From positions 2,432,001 to 2,496,000 of the forward strand of contig CAVUDW010000002.1 in the NCBI GenBank assembly GCA_963740355.1: a stretch of 64,000 nucleotides of DNA, read 5' to 3'. The translations under genes and the position numbers were made by a program. Below, in pieces: positions 59,753-64,000 of the stretch (the stretch's first letter is position 1; each line of letters opens with the position of its first letter). The stretch comes from an uncultured Gemmatimonadaceae bacterium (lineage in GTDB: Bacteria > Gemmatimonadota > Gemmatimonadetes > Gemmatimonadales > Gemmatimonadaceae). The notes under the pieces were generated by a model. It saw only the letters and a program-made list of their open reading frames with translations, did no database searches and was not told the origin of the DNA.

Positions 59753-60394
59753 CTATCGCGGCGTCACGCCGGACGGCACCCCAGTCGAGAGTGAAAAGCC
59801 AGAACCGGAGATTGGCCCGCCCTCATTCGGCGCATGTCGGAACGGACTGAAGATCAGCCAGAGCAGCACCACCAGGAATCCGAGCCCGGCCTGCCACTCG
59901 TTGTGACGCATGTAGAGCTTGAAGCTGAAGGCCCCCGACCGATCGGCACCCACCGGCCCCGACCAGGCAGACAGCCGAGGAATGAACGCCGGCACGTTGG
60001 CCTCGTATTCCGCATACGCCGCACCGTAGAGCCCGCGCAGGAAGTCACGCTCGCGTTCGATCGTCGGCTTGTAGACCACCAGCCAGAAGACCAACACCAG
60101 AATCACGGCCACCCAGTGCGCCGCGATCCCGAAGCCGAGCGCCAGCAGGAAGCTCCCGAAGTAGAGAGGATTGCGCGTGTGCGCGTACGGACCGGTCGTC
60201 GTGAGGACCTGATTCTTCACGATGTGCCCCGTCGACCAGGCTCGGATCAACGCACCGAGAAAGGCCACAATCCCCCCGACCAGGATCCGGTCGGGGGTCG
60301 CATACCGCGGAGCGAACCAGAGAAAAGCCGCGCCAAAGAGGAACCCGAGCGGAACGCGGATCCGCTGCGTCAGCGATCGTTTTCCGTCGTTCAC
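59753..60394 (-). CDS. Isoprenylcysteine carboxyl methyltransferase/PEMT family membrane protein
   Basis: LTTTGPYAHTRNPLYFG, ER.FL..YG..Y.EY..VPAFIP. Confidence 0.88.
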   Translation of the reverse strand: MNDGKRSLTQRIRVPLGFLFGAAFLWFAPRYATPDRILVGGIVAFLGALIRAWSTGHIVKNQVLTTTGPYAHTRNPLYFGSFLLALGFGIAAHWVAVILVLVFWLVVYKPTIERERDFLRGLYGAAYAEYEANVPAFIPRLSAWSGPVGADRSGAFSFKLYMRHNEWQAGLGFLVVLLWLIFSPFRHAPNEGGPISGSGFSLSTGVPSGVTPR

Positions 60395-61608
60395 CCGGTG
60401 ATTTCCTTGACCAGATGGCGGGCAATCACAAGGCGCTGGATCTCCGATGTGCCCTCACCGATCTCACAGATCTTTGCGTCGCGCATGTATCGCTCGACGG
60501 GATAGTCCTTGGTGTAGCCGTAGCCGCCGTGGATCTGGATGGCCTTCAACGTCGCGCGCATCGCCAATTCCGAGCAGAAGAGCTTGGCCATGGCGGCTTC
60601 CTTGCCGTACGGCTTGCCCTGCTGCGCCAGCATGGTGGCGTGGTACGTGAGATGCTTCCCCGCCTCGATCTCGGTGGCCATGTCGGACAGCTGGAACGAC
60701 ACGCCCTGGAAGTTCACGATCGATTGCCCGAACTGCTTGCGCTCGATCGAATACTTGCGCGCCTCCTCGAACGCGCCCTCGGCGATGCCCAGCGAGAGCG
60801 CGGCGATGCCGATGCGGCCTGCGTCGAGTGTGCGCATGAAATTGATGAACCCCATCCCTTCTTCACCGAGCCGATTCTCGACCGGCACCTCGACGTTCTC
60901 GAAGATCAACTCGCGCGTGTCGCTGGCGCGCCAACCGAGCTTGTCTTCCTTCTTCCCGGCGCGGAATCCCGGCATCGGCACGATGGAATCGTCATGCCCG
61001 ATGCCAACGGCCCTGGCCGCCGCGAGGTCGACGGTTTCCTTGGTGAGGATGAAGGAACTGATGCCCTTCGTCCCCGCCGCTGGATCGGTGACTGCCGTCA
61101 CGATGAACACTTCGCCAACACCCGCATGGGTGATGAAGCGTTTCGTGCCATTCAGGATATAATGGCCGTTCTTTCGGACCGCCGTCGTCTCCGTTCCACC
61201 GGCATCGCTACCGGCGTTCGGTTCCGTGAGGCCAAAGCCGCCCAGCACCTTGCCGGCGGCCAGCAACGGCACGTACCGCTGCTTCTGCGCGTCGTTGCCG
61301 AAGTACACGATCGGAGATGTGCCGAGCGTGGTGTGGGCCGAGATCGTGATCGAGTGGCTGGCGCAGACCTTGGCCAGTTCATGGATCGCGATGATGAACG
61401 CGGTCTGGTCGAAACCTGTACCGCCCAGGTCCTCCGACCATGGAATGCCGAAGAGACCGAGATCGGCCATCTTCGCAATGTTTTCCCACGGGAACGACGA
61501 GTCGGCGTCGTGCTTCGCAGCGACCGGTCGGATATGGTCTTCTGCAAAGCCCCGGACCATTTCCCGGACCTGCAAGTGCTGTTCGTTGAAGTAAAGCGAG
61601 TCGTCCAT
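60391..61608 (-). CDS. Acyl-CoA dehydrogenase
   Basis: GLTEPNAGSDA, NGTKRFIT, RKQFG, QIHGGYGY, EIGEGTSEIQR. Confidence 0.96.
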   Translation of the reverse strand: MDDSLYFNEQHLQVREMVRGFAEDHIRPVAAKHDADSSFPWENIAKMADLGLFGIPWSEDLGGTGFDQTAFIIAIHELAKVCASHSITISAHTTLGTSPIVYFGNDAQKQRYVPLLAAGKVLGGFGLTEPNAGSDAGGTETTAVRKNGHYILNGTKRFITHAGVGEVFIVTAVTDPAAGTKGISSFILTKETVDLAAARAVGIGHDDSIVPMPGFRAGKKEDKLGWRASDTRELIFENVEVPVENRLGEEGMGFINFMRTLDAGRIGIAALSLGIAEGAFEEARKYSIERKQFGQSIVNFQGVSFQLSDMATEIEAGKHLTYHATMLAQQGKPYGKEAAMAKLFCSELAMRATLKAIQIHGGYGYTKDYPVERYMRDAKICEIGEGTSEIQRLVIARHLVKEITG

Positions 61609-61751
61609 TAGGCAGGCGTTGGGGGCAGCCACGTGTGGGCGCCCGTAAACCGGGAAGTTAGCGGATGGTGCTGCGGTCGGTGATGCAGGATGTGATTGAA
61701 GTCTCGGGCGGTGTCGACTGTTTCAGACGCACACCCTCGCCCTGATGTTTC

Positions 61752-63815
61752 TCAGCGTCCGTGTGCGCGGATCACGTCCAGGAATGGCTCCGCATACCGC
61801 TCGAGCTTGACGGGCCCGACACCCGGCAGCGTGGCCATGGCGGCAGTCGTCAAGGGCCGCCGCGTGGCAAAGGCGGCGAGGGTGGCGTCTGGGAAGACCA
61901 CATAGGCCGGCTTGCCGGCCGCGAGCTGCGCACGACAGGCCTTGAGCGCGTTGAACAATTCCGTGTCCGACTCCGTGACGGCTCCACCCTTCTCGGTCTG
62001 CTTGCGCTGCTTGTCCCGCCGCTCATTCGGATCGCGCGGCGCCTTGGTGCGGGCCGCGCCGCCGGTCGCCCACGCGCTGCGGATGGCGGGTGCCGCTCGG
62101 CGTTCACCGAGACAGTTGTCACACGCGCCGCACTCCGCGCGGGCCGCCGGGTCGCCGAACCATTGCAGCAACGCCTGGCGACGACAGGTGGTGGCGTAGG
62201 CGTAGCGCTGCATGGCTTCGAGCTTGTCGAATTCGCGTTGCCGGCGGCGATCGATCGAACGCCAGTCGATGGTGACGCGGTCGAGCGACATCGCTGGATC
62301 CACCAGTCGCAAGCCGCCGCCGACACGCTCCAGGGCAACGAACTGTCGTGATTCCAGGCGCTCCAGCATCGGGAACGATCCCGCGAATCCACCGAACGCG
62401 GACGGCAGCACATCGAGGTCGATGATGGCGCCACGCGTGAGTTGATCCTTGGCCATTCGCCAGCAGGCTCGGAGCAGGTCACGCTCCATTTCGAACCCCG
62501 CCCCGAGTTCCTCGCGAATGCGCTCCGGCGTCGCGAGCAGGCGGAGTCGGACCAGCCCGGCTGATTCTGGATCCCACCGCAGGACGCCAGCGTCCGCCAG
62601 CACACGGAGCGCGGATTCCACGGCCTTCGACGACACCTTGCCACCGATGCCGCCGGCCAGTTCGTCTGCTGTTGCCGACACCACGCCGCCACGGTCCGCT
62701 TCTCGCTGGCACCGACGGTGCACTTGCTCGATCAGCGCGCGATCGGGCAGTGCGGACTTGATGAAGAATTCGTGTGTGAAGCGATCGGGGAACGCGTGCA
62801 GCAGCACACAGCGGCTCTGCTGGCCGTCACGTCCCGCACGGCCTGCTTCCTGATAGTACGCCTCGAGGGTGCCTGGCATCGCGTAGTGGACGACCAGTCG
62901 CACGTTCGACTTGTCGACGCCCATGCCGAAGCTGTTCGTGGCCACGATGACCCGTGTGCGCTCGGACATGAAATAGTCCTGCACACGTCGGCGACGTTCG
63001 TCGTCGAGGCCGGCGTGATAGGCGCTGGCTGGCACGCCCTGGTCATCGAGATACTGGGCCATGCGCTCGACGGTCTTGCGCGTCGACGCGTAGACGATGC
63101 CGGTGCCGTCCTCGAGGTTCCGCAGCAGGTCGAGCACCACGGCGTCCTTCTCGCGATCACCCTTGGCGGCGATCACCTGGTACGAGAGGTTCGGCCGATC
63201 GAACCCGGTGACGATGATTTCCGGATCCTGCAGGTCGAGGATGCGTGCGATGTCTTCGCGCACCACCGGTGTTGCGGTCGCCGTGAGGGCGATTGTCGGC
63301 GGATTGCCGAGTCGCTGCCGCACCTCACCCACGCGTCGGTAGCTGGGACGGAAATCATGTCCCCATTCGCTGATGCAGTGCGCCTCGTCCACCGCCAGGA
63401 GCGCCACGCCGATGGCCTTCAAACGCTCGGCCGTGGCCCCGACATCGAAGCGCTCCGGGGCTACGTACAGCATCTGGATCTCGCCGCGCTGTGCGCGCAC
63501 CAGGCGATCAGAGACTTCCGCACTGGACAACGTGCTGTTGATGAACGCGGCCGCGATCCCACGTCGCTCGAGCGCGTCCACCTGGTCCTTCATCAGCGAG
63601 ATGAGTGGGGACACCACCACCGTCAGGCCGCGTGTGATCAGCGCGGGCACCTGATAGCAGAGCGACTTGCCACCGCCGGTGGGCAGCACGACGAGGGTGT
63701 CGCGCTTGTCGAGCACACTCCTGATGGCACGTTCCTGCCCGGGGCGAAACGCAGGATAGCCAAAGCGATCCTTGAGGACCGCCAGCGCATCATCGAATGT
63801 GGGAGAGTTCAGCAT
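61752..63815 (-). CDS. recQ: RecQ-family ATP-dependent DNA helicase
   Basis: PTGGGKSLCYQ, DEAHCISEWGHDFRP, QEAGRAGRDG, CRR..CGACDNC, C-terminal HRDC (PAYVVFPDATL). Confidence 0.93.
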   Translation of the reverse strand: MLNSPTFDDALAVLKDRFGYPAFRPGQERAIRSVLDKRDTLVVLPTGGGKSLCYQVPALITRGLTVVVSPLISLMKDQVDALERRGIAAAFINSTLSSAEVSDRLVRAQRGEIQMLYVAPERFDVGATAERLKAIGVALLAVDEAHCISEWGHDFRPSYRRVGEVRQRLGNPPTIALTATATPVVREDIARILDLQDPEIIVTGFDRPNLSYQVIAAKGDREKDAVVLDLLRNLEDGTGIVYASTRKTVERMAQYLDDQGVPASAYHAGLDDERRRRVQDYFMSERTRVIVATNSFGMGVDKSNVRLVVHYAMPGTLEAYYQEAGRAGRDGQQSRCVLLHAFPDRFTHEFFIKSALPDRALIEQVHRRCQREADRGGVVSATADELAGGIGGKVSSKAVESALRVLADAGVLRWDPESAGLVRLRLLATPERIREELGAGFEMERDLLRACWRMAKDQLTRGAIIDLDVLPSAFGGFAGSFPMLERLESRQFVALERVGGGLRLVDPAMSLDRVTIDWRSIDRRRQREFDKLEAMQRYAYATTCRRQALLQWFGDPAARAECGACDNCLGERRAAPAIRSAWATGGAARTKAPRDPNERRDKQRKQTEKGGAVTESDTELFNALKACRAQLAAGKPAYVVFPDATLAAFATRRPLTTAAMATLPGVGPVKLERYAEPFLDVIRAHGR

Positions 63816-63921
63816 GCGGGAACGCGTGGAACGGCGTGACTGTCAGGGCGCACGCCGTCCAGCATCACCGGGCAAGTCAGCGCCGCGTCATCGCGGGCTG
63901 CAGGAAATTGCACCGCTGCAA

Positions 63922-64000
63922 TCAGGTGATGAAGCCAGCCTTCGAGGCCTGCTGTGATTCCCAGCGGGCCTTCAGGCGCGCGCGGCGGCGCTCCATCTCC
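63922..64000 (-). CDS. 3' end of an unidentified CDS running off the window
   Basis: Manual translation ..EMERRRARLKARWESQQASKAGFIT*; too short to identify. Confidence 0.45.
   Translation of the reverse strand, partial: EMERRRARLKARWESQQASKAGFIT

Overview
High-GC bacterial chromosomal core region, most consistent with Gemmatimonadota (inferred from gene order and protein style, not from a search). Almost all genes are on the minus strand. In order: the start of a complex I operon (nuoA-H), dcd, mdh-sdhCAB, moaDEA, an HU/IHF protein, an ~18 kb co-directional housekeeping run (pepA, outer-membrane plug/barrel protein, yicC, gmk, rpoZ, coaBC, udg, dnaB, radA, ispD, tsaC, LMW phosphatase, aroE, comF, gap, pgk, tpiA, secG, carA), three orphan plus-strand genes, an Oar-like TonB-dependent receptor, tRNA-Leu(CAA), a membrane Hanks-type kinase homologue with TPRs, exported hydrolases, nhaA, an ECF sigma/anti-sigma/Spy-like triad, GDPD, an amidohydrolase pair, a YncD/PqqU-like receptor, a Tat amidase, rplU-rpmA, rne/rng, a methyltransferase, an acyl-CoA dehydrogenase and a RecQ-family helicase. 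I see no integrase, transposase, CRISPR array, prophage or rRNA. The strongest leads are: (1) the kinase homologue is an intact pseudokinase missing nearly all catalytic residues; (2) a composite 71-bp tandem repeat between rng and rplU carries GGGGTCAG-tagged palindromes and a 10-5-10 dyad that recurs upstream of the tRNA; (3) a Rex-like operator sits in front of nuoA; (4) several catalytically altered enzymes; (5) frameshifts in pgk and the amidase, probably assembly errors. No complete novel multi-gene system can be demonstrated from the sequence alone.
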